A stretch of 62,801 bases of DNA, the filler included, from Octopus bimaculoides (taxonomy: Eukaryota): NCBI RefSeq assembly GCF_001194135.2. It is 3 parts of 3 records of this genome, joined end to end, with 100 filler letters (N's around TTAATTAATTAA, not from the genome) between each part and the next. Parts side by side here need not be neighbours in the genome. Positions count along the whole stretch, not along the records: positions 1 to 30,518 come from NC_068992.1; positions 30,619 to 60,362 come from NC_068985.1; 1 more part is not named here. One strand, 5' to 3'. Shown piece by piece: positions 27,200-39,467 of the stretch. Position 1 is the stretch's first letter. The number at the start of each line of letters is the position of its first letter. The notes below the pieces were generated by a model. The model saw only the letters and a program-made list of their open reading frames with translations, had not been told where the DNA came from and did no database searches. The translations under genes and the position numbers were made by a program.

Positions 27200-27885
27200 A
27201 TACAGGTATATAAACAAACCAAAATCAGTTGCCAGGCAACGAGAGATAAATACACACACACACATATATATACACATACATAATATGCGCACACACGAAG
27301 GGTGTGCAGTTACTGTCGACCAATTTTAGTCACAAGACATTCGCTGGCCAGAGGCTACAGTAGAAAACACCAGGACAATACTAAAGGCAACCATGCAGTG
27401 GTTGCTTTTGGGATTGGTTATAAAGAGACCTTATTAAGCCAAACAGTCTGCGCCTAGAAGCACTACTTCCATGGCTGAAATACCAGTAAACATACACACG
27501 TAACGTGCACATATGTATATAATAGAAATGCTAGAAATAGTAACAGTAATAATGATATTGCAAACATGCATATGTTTCTGCGTATCTATCTATATATGTT
27601 TAGATAATAAATTACAAGGCCAATATATTTTACTGCTGAACACGCTAGCAGTAAAATTTACTATATACATATATACGTGTGCGTTTGTTTGTTTCAACCA
27701 CCGTTTGACAACTGGTAGTACGTTGTTTACGTCCCAGTAACGTAGCGATTCGGCAAAACAAACCAATAGAATTAGCACCAGGCTTTCAAAAATAAGTACT
27801 GCAGGCGATTTGTTCAACTAAACTCTTCGAGGTGATGATGCCCTATGACGGCCGCAGTCTAATGAGTGAAACAAAAGCTAAAGAG
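27200..27885. mobile_element. SINE B fragments (27200-27480 minus; 27680-27885 plus, body and tail)
   Basis: ccaattttagtcacaagac...ggctacagtagaaaacac; cgtttgacaactggtag...acgtcccagtaacgtagcgattcggcaaaac...ggccgcagtctaatgagtgaaac. Confidence 0.55.
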
Positions 27886-28289
27886 ATACGCAAGACACAA
27901 AGTTATTGCAGAGTTACCGTTTCCTGAGTGCGAATCTCAATTAGCGTCAAACTTTTAAATAGAGGACTACGATAACGCTTAATTATAGTCATCTCTTTCC
28001 GCGATATTTTGCCTTTAATACACCAACTGGGAAAGTAAGGAAACAATATTCAACTCAAAAATATTAGAAAAAGTCACCAAAATACGATGGAAGCAAATAA
28101 AGCAACATATGACTACAAAATAATCAAAAAATATTTTTATGTCTGTATACACACATGTATGTATATACAGTAATATTTATCTCACGGACATCTTTTTGGT
28201 AAAAACAATTAACCTGTTACATCATAGGAGACAAATATGTGTTCAATCTAGTTAGCAATATATATTGAATATGAGAAGTTTAGTTCAAA

Positions 28290-28324
<35 letters not shown>

Positions 28325-28334
28325 NNNNNNNNNN

Positions 28335-28370
<36 letters not shown>

Positions 28371-28377
28371 GCAGAGG

Positions 28378-29289
28378 CTACCAATATCCTACAACAGTTT
28401 TCTTTTCTTTTTCAGTCTTGTAAAGTTGAAATAACAATTTCTCTTCAATTTTTTCTACAGCTGCCAGAGTCAACACAAGAGTTTCATGCTTCAACATACT
28501 GTAAACATTAAGTCCATAAACAGGCATTAGGTTGAAGTGATTTAATTTGTTCAAAGCCAGAGAAATATTCCGCGGCATAAAATCTGTATCGTCGATAAAA
28601 AGACCAGAAAATCCCCAAAACCTAGAAGCAAACAAACTTTCAATATAGTCAGGTTCATCTGTAGGAATTTCTAGGGAATCGACAATGTGTAAATCATTTT
28701 GAGCCAACTTAACACTCAAAGCAGATCTCAAGCCTAAAACTCGTTCATGGGTTGGTAGCATATAAAAAAAGCTTTCAGGTCCGCGTGGCCCATGAGCTCG
28801 TCCACCTCTCAGCCAAATTGGAGATCTGTTGCTACCATGTCTAGCTTTACCTAAACCTTTCTGTGGCCACGGCTTTCTGCCTCCTCCTCGCATCTCCGCA
28901 CGAGTTGGTTCCCAATCATACCGAATAAGTTTGTATTTATTCTGCCAGTTAATATTCGAGTGAATAACATCCAAACGAGGAAATGTAGCGAATATATCAG
29001 GATGGAGATCAACCATTCCGAGTTTCTCATTATCAATGGTATTTAGAGTTTCAAGCCATGTTTGTACACCTTCTTTGGATTTGCTGGGATAATTCAGTTG
29101 ACGACTCGTCATCAAGGGTAAAGGTCCGCGAGTCTGGACGTGGGGCGATTGGTCTGTAGATTCTTCTGTAGTTGGAAGTGTGTTGCTGAAATGCTTTCTC
29201 GAAGAGGAAAAAGAACAGGACTGTGTTAAAATAAAACCAAATCTATCAACGTTACGTATAGTTCCAATAAAAATCCTTAAAGAAAACAT
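28378..29289 (-). CDS. MRPL4: 39S mitochondrial ribosomal protein L4 (uL4m), single-exon, 303 aa
   Basis: Uninterrupted ORF with uL4 signature TRAEMRGGGRKPWPQKGLGKARHGSNRSPIWLRGGRAHGPRGP, followed by MRPL4-typical LGLRSALSVKLAQNDLHIVDSL and NLMPVYGLNVYSMLKHETLVLT. N-terminus is Arg/Ser-rich, like a transit peptide. Confidence 0.96.
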   Translation of the reverse strand: MFSLRIFIGTIRNVDRFGFILTQSCSFSSSRKHFSNTLPTTEESTDQSPHVQTRGPLPLMTSRQLNYPSKSKEGVQTWLETLNTIDNEKLGMVDLHPDIFATFPRLDVIHSNINWQNKYKLIRYDWEPTRAEMRGGGRKPWPQKGLGKARHGSNRSPIWLRGGRAHGPRGPESFFYMLPTHERVLGLRSALSVKLAQNDLHIVDSLEIPTDEPDYIESLFASRFWGFSGLFIDDTDFMPRNISLALNKLNHFNLMPVYGLNVYSMLKHETLVLTLAAVEKIEEKLLFQLYKTEKEKKTVVGYW

Positions 29290-29908
29290 GCTTAAATCTC
29301 GCGATCTTCAAAACCAGTAAGAAATGTCCTTCAATTGTTTCCCCTGGATAACAATTCATAAATTATCTCCCTTCCAAAAACCGGTGCTGGAAGTATATAA
29401 GTCTCTTTATAAATTATTACTACTTAAAAAATAAAACAGTAAAGATTTATTTATAATATAAATAAAGAATTTTAAATCTTGATATAGATTCTATATCAAA
29501 AACGAATCAGAGTTATTTGAGAGCAAAAGGATAACGGAAAAGTTGCTGGATCTGTAAGTAAACAAAAGCTACATTGCATAACGGAGTAACCACATAGATA
29601 CGACTTGCTATATTTATCCAACTTACAAATAAATCATCATTTTTTTCCTTAACTACTTATATTTGATAAACAGAATTATCGTTTTATGTAAATGATTACT
29701 AGGGTTAATTAAACTGAGTTAATTACTGTTTAATAGTATATTTTAAAGCTTAATGGTCTATTTATAAATCAGCACACCTCAAAATTTTTATACACATTCA
29801 GGGATTCCAAACGTCTAGTGTAAATAATACTCTGAGACTTGTAATGGAGACTTGTAATTACTAAGATTCACTCATTTTAACATAATTATCCTTTTGTGGT
29901 ATATTTTA

Positions 29909-30518
29909 TCTTAATATATAAAGCTGAAGTTGTGTGTCTGTGTGAAGCCTTTTTATTTTCTGTTCTGGTTCATTTTTTTTCTCTTTTTTTAGTCAGAAGC
30001 AATAAAGCATTCATTCCTCTTGGTAAGAGATGTCTGCATTTAAAATTTATATATATTTAATAAATATATAAAGTTATATATTTATTAAAAGTTATATTAA
30101 AAGTTTATAGAAATCCACATTTTCCACTTTTTCGTTAACATTTTTACATCAATGGAATTTTCTCGATCTGAACTTTCCAGTGCAGTATTTAGATTTTTAA
30201 AATTCCGTTTACTTTGTGTGATTTAAGGGAGATTTGGCTGTTGTTTCTAGCAACTTTCATATTTCTTCCCTTCTACCTGGGACAGCGTTCTTACACACGC
30301 GCTCAACAGAGAGAGAAAGTGATACATACAACGTCATAGATTAAACTTTCTTCTCAGTATTCTTTACCTATTTTTCATAACATTGATACGTAAAAACACA
30401 CACGACCACACATACGTAATCTGTGACAACAACATACACATTGCTCCCGTTCTCTATCTCCCCCTCTTCCTCTCTCGCTCTCGCAAACGTATACACGTGC
30501 AAGTAAACACAATCATTA
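29909..30518 (+). mobile_element. Possible Helitron 5' portion (runs into a gap)
   Basis: A|TCTTAATATATAAAGCTGAAGTTGTGTGTCTGTG closely resembles the 5' end of the 5677-7061 Helitron. Confidence 0.35.
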
Positions 30519-30618
30519 NNNNNNNNNNNNNNNNNNNNNNNNNNNNNNNNNNNNNNNNNNNNTTAATTAATTAANNNNNNNNNNNNNNNNNNNNNNNNNN
30601 NNNNNNNNNNNNNNNNNN

Positions 30619-30988
30619 GACTGTGGCCATGCTGGAGCACCGCCTTTAGTCGAGCAAATCGACCCCAGGACTTATTCTTTGGAAGCCTAGTACTTATTCT
30701 ATCGGTATCTTTTGCCGAACCGCTAGGTTACGGGGACATAAACACACCAGCATCGGTTGTCAAGCGATGTTAGGGGGACAAACACAGACATAGAAACACA
30801 TACACACATACATATATATATACATATATACGGCTGGCTTCTTTCAGTTTCCGTCTACCAAATCCACTCACAAGGCATTGGTCGGCCCGAGGCTATAGTA
30901 GAAGACACTTGCCCAAGATGCCACGCAGCTGGACTGAACCCGGGACCATGTGGTTGGTAAGCAAGCTACTTACCACACAACCACTCCT
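30619..30988 (-). mobile_element. SINE family B, near full length
   Basis: High similarity to 33281-33676 in reverse. Confidence 0.9.
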
Positions 30989-31527
30989 AGGGTCCGCCAT
31001 AAGTAACTATATATTTTCTTTTGCTTGTAAGTTTGTTGATACTTATTCAATTTTTCTATTTCATAAGTCATTTGAAAGCTGAAATCTTATATTTTTATTT
31101 TTATTTCTTCCCCCCACCCCACCTATTTCAGATATACTATTATATCGATTGTATCTACCCGATTAACAAAAGAGCAAAAAATTGCGGTTTTGAAATGGTT
31201 CTGCATAAAGTTATCTGGCTATGCTACAGAAACTGCTTTTGCCGTTGTTACAACAGCAGGATGGAGCAGAGGGTCTGTACTTTCAGCAGGACGGGGCACC
31301 GGCCCATTATGCTACGCTTGTGCGAAACTGGCTGGACGCCAACCTACCCTGTCGATGGATTGGCAGAAGAAGACTGCTTGAGTGGCCGTCTCGTTCGCCG
31401 GATTTGACCCCACCCGACTTTTTCCTGTGGAGTGTTCTCAAAGAGAAAGTCTACTCAACAAAGCCCCGCAACATTGCTGAACTTAAGGAACAAATTCGAG
31501 CTGCCAGATAACTTTGTGCAGAACCAT

Positions 31528-31528
<1 letters not shown>
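30989..31528 (+). mobile_element. Tc1/mariner-superfamily transposase relic (C-terminal DDD region) with 26-bp inverted repeats
   Basis: LYFQQDGAPAHYATLVRNWLDANLPCRWIGR...WPSRSPDLTPPDFFLWSVLKEKVY. Inverted repeats at 31194-31219 and 31503-31528. TIR-like TA|GGGTCCGCCATAAGTAACT at about 30989. Confidence 0.85.
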
Positions 31529-31618
<90 letters not shown>

Positions 31619-31966
31619 ATGTACATCAGCATTCATAAGCACACACACATATACGAGCGCACAGACGAACGTTGAAGTGTGTGGAACGAATAAGAGAGGA
31701 ATGGTAATTACATATTATAAAGTGCTTTATTGAAACTGAATTTTTATCTCACCACTCAAGTTTCATGTCACTACGATTTTCAGGCGAGAATTTTTACAAT
31801 TCGGTTTTGGAGACATTTTCATATTCGTTGGTGTGATTGTGGTCTCACACTTGTGTTTATAAACTAATTTGCGTTTCACATTTGGTTGACTGGTTATTTT
31901 TTGCAGCATGACGTTTATTTTCTTGTGTTTTGTACGAGATCGTAGTGTTTCTAATTCGTTCATTTG

Positions 31967-32007
<41 letters not shown>

Positions 32008-33146
32008 TTAGTCTAGTTATAGTAGTTCCTTTGTTAAACTTGTTTTCTTATGTTTGTGGGTTATGTTTTATTGTCGTTATAGTGTTTGAAAATGTTGTTC
32101 CCACCCAAATTACTCAGACATGAAATATCATATATAATAGATATAGTCGTTATTAGTTTTACAGTAAAAGTCGCTCGCGAACAAACGTAGCGTTAAAAGC
32201 TCCCGCTTATAACCATACATCAACATTTATAAACATTATACAATGAAAAACTTGACAAAAACCACTCCAAAATAAACTTGAGAAAAGAACAACCTTAACT
32301 AGATTAACGGATAGGTCTTAATCAATATGTAAAAAATATGCTCGCCTAATATAAAAAAAAACAGCATAAAATAAACTAGACAACACAAAAACAATCAATA
32401 AACAGACTACAAAATAAGATCTAACAAGCAAGCGCAAAATACAAACCAATGAACAAACACAAACGTGACATTCAACCATGCCATCGAATATAAATGTACA
32501 CCGAAAACCGAGTTGTAACAGTTCTTGCCTGAAAATTGCAAGAGCGCGAAATTGGAGTCGCGAAATAAACAATACAGTTATGCATATTCGTACGTATATT
32601 CACATTAAAGAAAAGTATGGTTCCATATTAGCGCTATAATACAGAATCTGTAGTTTCATGCTACCATTAAAAGGTTTATTTCTATATTAGCTCTGTAGCA
32701 AATAATGCATAGTTCTATTAAACAAAAAAATATATATGAAAAAACAATATCGGACATGCCATAGCAATGAAAACAGGACATTTACAGTCTAACAGTCCAT
32801 AGTCCTCTTGCTAAAACCAGTTTTCCACGTAGGTTGTCAGTTGAATCTCATTTGTAGCCGATGAATGCAGCAGCGGGTCATGCGGGATTAGTACGTAATC
32901 GACTGAGATTAACAAAGGAACAAATACGAGCGATTATGTATCAACATGGCAATAAATACGACAATACGAGGCCGTGAAAGTGTAAAGTGCCTAATATGGA
33001 AAATATATTAATAGAAGATGGATTTATCCATGGGCAATAACAACTATGTGTACTCAAGTGAGTACATCTGAACCTAGTATAAATCCAGAAACATGCGTAT
33101 AACTATACGTGTATACGCATGTATATGCCAACATGCGTGCGCATGT

Positions 33147-33212
<66 letters not shown>

Positions 33213-33280
33213 TATGTCATAAGATTGTAAATAAAACGTGAAAATCAGACAATGTTGGAATTTCTTTGAGTAATATATGT

Positions 33281-33676
33281 AGACGCAGGAGTGGCTGTGT
33301 GGTAAGTAACTTGCTTACCAACCACATGGCTCCTGGTTGAGTCCCATTGCGTGACACCTTGGGCAAGTGTCTTCTACTTTAGCCTCGAGCCGACCAAAGC
33401 CTTGTGAGTGGATTTAGTAGACGGAAACTGGAAGAAGCCCGTCGTATATATGTATGTGTGTGTGTTCGTGTGTTTGTGTTTGTCTCCCACCAACATCGCT
33501 TGACAACAGATGCTGGTGTATTTATGTCCCCGTAACTTAGCGGTTCGGCAAAAGAGACCGATAGAATAAGTACTAGGCTTACAAACAATAAGTCCTGGGG
33601 TCGATTTCTTCGACTAAAGGCGGTGCTCCAGCATGGCCGCAGTCAAATGACTGAAACAAGTAAAAAAGTAAAAAAG
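33281..33676 (+). mobile_element. SINE family B, full-length reference copy
   Basis: tRNA-like head (gtggctgtgtggt...ggttgagtccc), CORE-like ccttgggcaag, internal (TG)n, tail ggcggtgctccagcatggccgcagtcaaatgactgaaacaag(taaaaaag)n. Confidence 0.9.
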
Positions 33677-33709
33677 TATGCATGTATGTATGTATGTATG
33701 TATGCATGC

Positions 33710-33744
<35 letters not shown>

Positions 33745-34640
33745 TAGGATCTATGAAAACAACAATTCTGAATGACTCAATATAGGAGGCGGAGCAATAG
33801 GAATTAATTTTTAATTAATTTGAAAACAAAGTACAAATTAGTGATTTACTACAAATTCATTTGGCGAATTATCAAAATCATAATCGATTTTGTTATATCG
33901 TCACATGAGTTTCTTTCTTTCTTTCTCTCTCTCTCTCTCTTTTTCTCTTTCTCCATCTCTCTCGCTTTCTTTGTTACGCACACACATACACTCGCAAGCA
34001 TATACACATACACACACACATTTATGACATACATATCTGTTAGCTCTAACGAATCTCCTAATTCCTTTAACTCGAAGCATACTATCACAAAAGAAATCGG
34101 CAAATTGTGAACAGTAAGCGAGAAATTTCACAGCTGCGACATTATTGTATACGATAAGAAAGAAACGGAGCTAAAACACGTGAGATAATGACTTACAATA
34201 ATGCATGTTTAACTTCCTCTACGATACAGTAACAGACGGGACTGTATCATTCGATAAGTCTTGCAACGCACTTCTCGTATATTCATTTCGAAGGAAAAGA
34301 GAAACTTTCTAATGTACTGGAGAAAACTCTAATCCATTCTATAATTCATTTCTGTTCTCTTACATAATCGTTACAGGAGTGGACTTCTGTCTTGGAATTT
34401 TTTGAACGGTTACTCGAACATGGCCATGTTTCTGCAAGTCGTTAAAGCTAGCTTATGAACTAAGCCACAAGTCTGTATCATCCTTGCTGCTTTCTTTGTG
34501 GTCAAGGTTAAAGAGACAGCAGTGTAGGCTGTTAACTTCCTCCACAGAATATACGAAATCGCTGTTGGCCAGTGCTTTGAACTGTTACCGTTTTGAACCG
34601 GACTAGGTGAGAGTTTCAGATGAATCGAATGAAAAGCGCG

Positions 34641-34757
<117 letters not shown>

Positions 34758-35166
34758 TACCCTAGAAAATTTTAACGTAACAGAGATTATATAAAACCAA
34801 GATAAGCTCAAATGTTAGAGAATAATAACAACAAACGAGGACAAATATCCGTCAAATGTAAATAATGTAAATAATAAATTTGTACTCTACCAAAGGTTTT
34901 GAGTAATCCTTTAGTTTAGTATGAGATATTTTTTATTATTATTATAACACAATCTAACGATTTGCTGTCAATAATAACGGTTAATTGTAGTATTTTATAT
35001 ATAAATATGGGACAAAAGAAGGTACATAATAATTACACATACACACATTCACATATTTCCCTTGTACACGCACATACATACATACATACATACATGTACA
35101 CATACATATATACATACATACATGCATACATACATACATACATACATACATACATGCATACATACA

Positions 35167-35198
<32 letters not shown>

Positions 35199-35384
35199 CT
35201 CACACAGAGTTGAAACGCTGATTGTTTTTCACCCCTTCCTTCCTTATTCATCTATCATCCCTTCCTCTCTCTCACTGCTATTACTTTCTCTCACTCCCTC
35301 TCAGTCAGGGCTATTACCCTCACTACTTCTCGTTCACTGAATTACTATTTTCTCTCTTCCTCCGCGTCCGGCGTGATTCTGGAC

Positions 35385-35420
<36 letters not shown>

Positions 35421-35610
35421 ATATATNNNNNNNNNNNNNNNNNNNNNNNNNNNNNNNNNNNNNNNNNNNNNNNNNNNNNNNNNNNNNNNNNNNNNNNNNN
35501 NNNNNNNNNNGTTCACTGAATTACTATTTTCTCTCTTCCTCCGCGTCCGGCGTGATTCTGGACAAATATATATAAACACTATGCTCATTATTATATTAGG
35601 AGATAAAAAC

Positions 35611-35765
35611 AAGACTGCGAGCTGGCAGAATCGTAAGGACGCCGGGCGTAATGCTTAGCGGTATTTCGTCCGTCTTCACGTTCTGAGTTCAAATTCCGCC
35701 GAGGTCGACTTTGCCTTTCATCCTTTCCGGATCGATAAAACATTTACCAATTGAGTACTGGTATC
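35611..35765 (+). mobile_element. SINE A, CpG-rich, 3'-truncated
   Basis: gagctggcagaatcg...gagttcaaattccgccgaggtcgactttgcctttcatcc. Confidence 0.85.
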
Positions 35766-36634
35766 CTATATATATATATATAGATAGATAGCTAGACAGA
35801 TAGGCAGATGTGTGTGTGTGTATGGTGACTGACCTGCATATCTATTCGTTGACTTAGAATTAACAGTAGTATTATATCAGTATGGCGGCGATGGTGACAT
35901 TTGTGTAAGCTGTTATCTTATTTTTATTGAACATTGTTTGCCAACAGACTTTTGTCACTACACGAATTCGAACCGTTTACGTTCTGTATTGAATATTCCT
36001 CTCTACTGCAGCAATGCCAGTGAAAATTACGCTGGAAATGATAGAAACGAACAAAGCCAAACAATGGACTATTATAGCGAAACGATACTATGCAAGAAAG
36101 AGTCGATTTGCTCTTTAGTTTTTCTCTATATCCACTTTACAAACACTCACTTAGCCATAGACCGAAGCCGTTCGTGTGTTACAAAGCCGTTAACCAGAAG
36201 AGAATTGTTTCGCTTCGCTCTCCTTCCCTTTTCTTCCAGTTACGACAGGAACCAAAGTGTAACAGAGGAATCAGCAAAACCTTTTATTTCTCACCATGGA
36301 ACTCTCTTTCCAGCTTGTCTAAACCATTAAAAGCGTTTTAATCTGAATAAACTCGTAAAAAAAAAAAAAAGAGCGAATGTTTATTCTCCGCCATGTTTTT
36401 AACTCAGTGAATTTTTCAGCTCTGAACATTAAACGTATTATAAAAAAACAAAAAACAAAAAACGGTTATTCATTCCCATATGTAAGACTTTGCACTTACT
36501 AATATTGTTATTTTTAAAGCCTGTTATGTATTTACTGACAAAGTTATATCTGCATTGACAAGTTTCCGCACAAACAAGAGCAGCTGTGATTTTTTTTTCT
36601 AAATAACATATAAACCGCTGTTTCTTTTTTTAAG

Positions 36635-37045
36635 TATGAGCGCAAGCATAGCTGTGTTGTTCAAAAGTTCTTATCACAGCCAAATGATTTTGGGACCAGT
36701 CCCACTGCGCAGCATCTTGGGAAAAGTGCCTGTCAATGCCTTTTGAGCGAGTATGGTAAGCAGAAACTTTGTGGCAGCCTGTCGCGTATACAACTGCCTT
36801 CTTAGTCAATGATAGTCATGGGTTCTACTTCAGGCACAAAGCCAGCAATTTTGAAATAAGGTGGGTTTGGTTGATATCATCGACCCTAGTATTTCACTGG
36901 TACTTTATTTTTTCTACTACGGGTGGGTGGAATGAAAGGTAGGGTTGACTTCGGCAAGGTAAGAACTCAGAATGTGAAGAGCCAGAACGAATACTATAAA
37001 CCTTTTTGTTTCGATGCTCGAACAGTTCTGCCAGCTCACCAACTT
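36635..37045. mobile_element. SINE B head (+, 36635-36800) and SINE A (-, 36823-37045)
   Basis: Family motifs present. Confidence 0.7.
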
Positions 37046-37603
37046 TGTTTAGCCGCGGATAATCTTTGATTGTTCAGACCAATTACCAAAGGCGCTCCAA
37101 ACCTGGACATCCCATCTTTTTCTTTATTTCACTTGGTATACTACATCATTCATTACGTCCTTTACTTTAAAATGTCAAAGTACGATTCAGGAGAAATCTA
37201 GTTGCTATTTCTAACATGTCGATTGAATGTTTACATGGTGCCTCGTTGGTTCCTAGGTCGGTACCCTGTGCGAAGAGGTTGCTTATACAAAGCATTCTAT
37301 CGCATTAGTTCTGATCAAAATATACGTAGGACAGAATCTTAAAATCGCAAGGAAAATTCCTCCAACAGAAATTTTAGCACCTGTCTTACAGTGATTACAT
37401 CAAATAATCTCATCAGTGAAAGCATTAGGATTTTAGCATTAAAATATGGCGTCTTAAATAGTCTTCCGTGACTATTAGCTGGCTGAGTTGATGATACTCT
37501 GATTAATGTAGTAAAACTGCCTGAAAAGAAAAATAGGATATGTTCATAGGTGGAACATATTTGAACACAATAGAGATTACATTTTTTTTGCTTTCATCTA
37601 TAG

Positions 37604-37960
37604 CAGGAGTTCTCAACCATTTTTTTTTTATCTCTGGACTTCTATTTATTACTAATTTATTTTGGTGGACTCCCATAGCCATTCAATGCCTAAAAATTAG
37701 TTTTATGGAAACTTCTTTCAAAAATTCCTTATTTTGTTTTTCGTATATTAACTTGTACAGGTTGAGCTATGTAAGATGTTAGAGAAAGAAACCCGCCCGT
37801 TTCTTGCAATACATACCAATACATACATCCTGAAGCAAAATTTGTTCAGGAGCCCTTAAAGTACTATTTGTATCCCCAATTTACTATTTTGCTGTTTGGA
37901 CCCCACCAAAATCTTATATCGACTGTCAGGGTCCAATCGGACCCCAGTTGAGAACCACTG
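37604..37960. mobile_element. hAT (Charlie-type) MITE
   Basis: TIRs CAGGAGTTCTCAAC / GTTGAGAACCACTG; 8-bp TSD atctatag / ttctatag (7/8). Inserted in the tail of the SINE A at 37961-38175. Confidence 0.85.
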
Positions 37961-38175
37961 TTCTATAGGCACAAAACCTGAAATTTTGATCGAGGAGGCT
38001 AGTCGATTACATCGACACTAGTACTTGACTGGTACTTTATTTTATCGACTCCAAAACGAAGAAAGCCAAAGCTGACATGAACGGCATTTGAACCTAGAAC
38101 GTAAACAACCGGAAGAAATGTCGCTAAACATTTTGTCCGGCGTGCTAACGATTCTGTCAGCTCACCGCCTTGATC
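37961..38175 (-). mobile_element. SINE A
   Basis: Family motifs present. Confidence 0.85.
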
Positions 38176-38852
38176 ACAGCAGAGATTACTACGGACTAAA
38201 CAAAGGCGGGGCGTTGTCAGAGTTGTTAACAAGCCGGAAAAAAATGTTTAGCGGCTTTATAGCATTTGTTCCGGTTGCTTGTTTTATAGCGTTAGTTTCG
38301 GTTGATTGCTTTGTGTTCAAATACTGCTGTGATCAAACTAATCTTTCATGCTTTCAGGGTCGACAGAAGTGTACCAATCCAGAGTGTTAGAATGGCAGAA
38401 TTATAAAAATTTCGAGTCGGGTGTTTTGTGCTAATTGTTCTGTCTCTTTGCGTTTCTAGTTAAAATCCCACCATAGCCTACCTTGGTTTCAAATCTAACT
38501 CTTCACTCGGTTTAGCACCATTTGGTACACAAGGATACCTTTAGCGCAGCCTAAGTATTCAGGTCATGGCTCTCTAATTGGAGGATACCTCACTCTCACT
38601 CTCCCTTCCACTTATTTGAGAGCCCTGTAGTTAGTCATGTTGTTGCTGTTATTTTTTTTTAGCTCCAACTTACTCAGATCTATCCTAAATGTGATTAGTG
38701 GTACTCATGTCAAGAATACTCCATTTTTGTTTTCTTGAGAAACACGGCACTCTCGACTACTTTATCCAATGTGTAGGAATTTCTAAGACGATAGGGTATG
38801 GCTTGAGCGAGTTTTGGTTATTAACTCTCGAAGGTCAATCGATCACGTAGAT

Positions 38853-39467
38853 CAGCGGTTCGCAAACCCTTGTTTATCTATTGACCCCTTCAATTACTAT
38901 TTTATTCTGGTAGACCCCATACTCATTTGATGTTTAAAAACTAATTTTACATATAAAATAAATAATAAATGCGCCTTTTTAAAGCCTAGCCAGGCTCATG
39001 GGCCCGGTTTCCCGGTTTCAATGGCGTATGTGTTCCCCAGCTGGACGGGACGCCAGTCCATCGCAGCGTTACTCACTTTTGCCAGCTGAGTGGACTGGAG
39101 CAACGTGAAATGAAGTGTTTTTCTCAAGAACACAACGCGTCGCCCGGTCCAGGAATCGAAACCTCAATCTTACGATCATGATGCTGACACCCTAACAACT
39201 AAGCCACGCGCCTCCACAATTTTACATATACTTCTTTCAAAATTACTATTGTCCCTCACATATTAACTTGTGTGGGTTGAACTTTGTAAAACGTTAGATT
39301 AAGAAACCTACACCGTTTCTTGCAATAAATACATCTAAAGATAAAATTTTATCATGGGCCCTTGGAATAATACTGAGGACTCAGTTTACTATTTTGCTTA
39401 GGCGGACTCCGAAAAATCTTATATGTACCACGCCAGGAGTTACATGGACCTTGGTAGAGAACCATTG
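38853..39467. mobile_element. Second copy of the hAT MITE, interrupted by SINE E
   Basis: CAGCGGTTCGCAAAC / GTAGAGAACCATTG ends; internal similarity to 37604-37960; TSD acgtagat / aggtaaat (6/8). Confidence 0.75.
38956..39217 (-). mobile_element. SINE family E (tRNA + CORE-like + tail 3), intact insertion
   Basis: Perfect 13-bp TSD aattttacatata (38943-38955 and 39218-39230). Tail region gcgatggactggcgtcccgtccag...gaaaccgggccc. Confidence 0.9.

Noticed and set aside
28851-29036. 61-aa ORF overlapping MRPL4 in another frame
   Set aside because: Short alternative-frame by-product with a non-ATG start and no independent support.
30563-30574. TTAATTAATTAA island inside an N-gap (also 60407-60418)
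   Set aside because: Both are flanked by exactly 44 N on each side (100 bp total) and give stops in all six frames. This is an artificial scaffolding linker, not biology.
35332-35572. Identical ~62-bp sequence on both sides of a gap
   Set aside because: The perfect copy begins exactly at the gap edge, typical of an unmerged contig overlap around a (TA)n tract.
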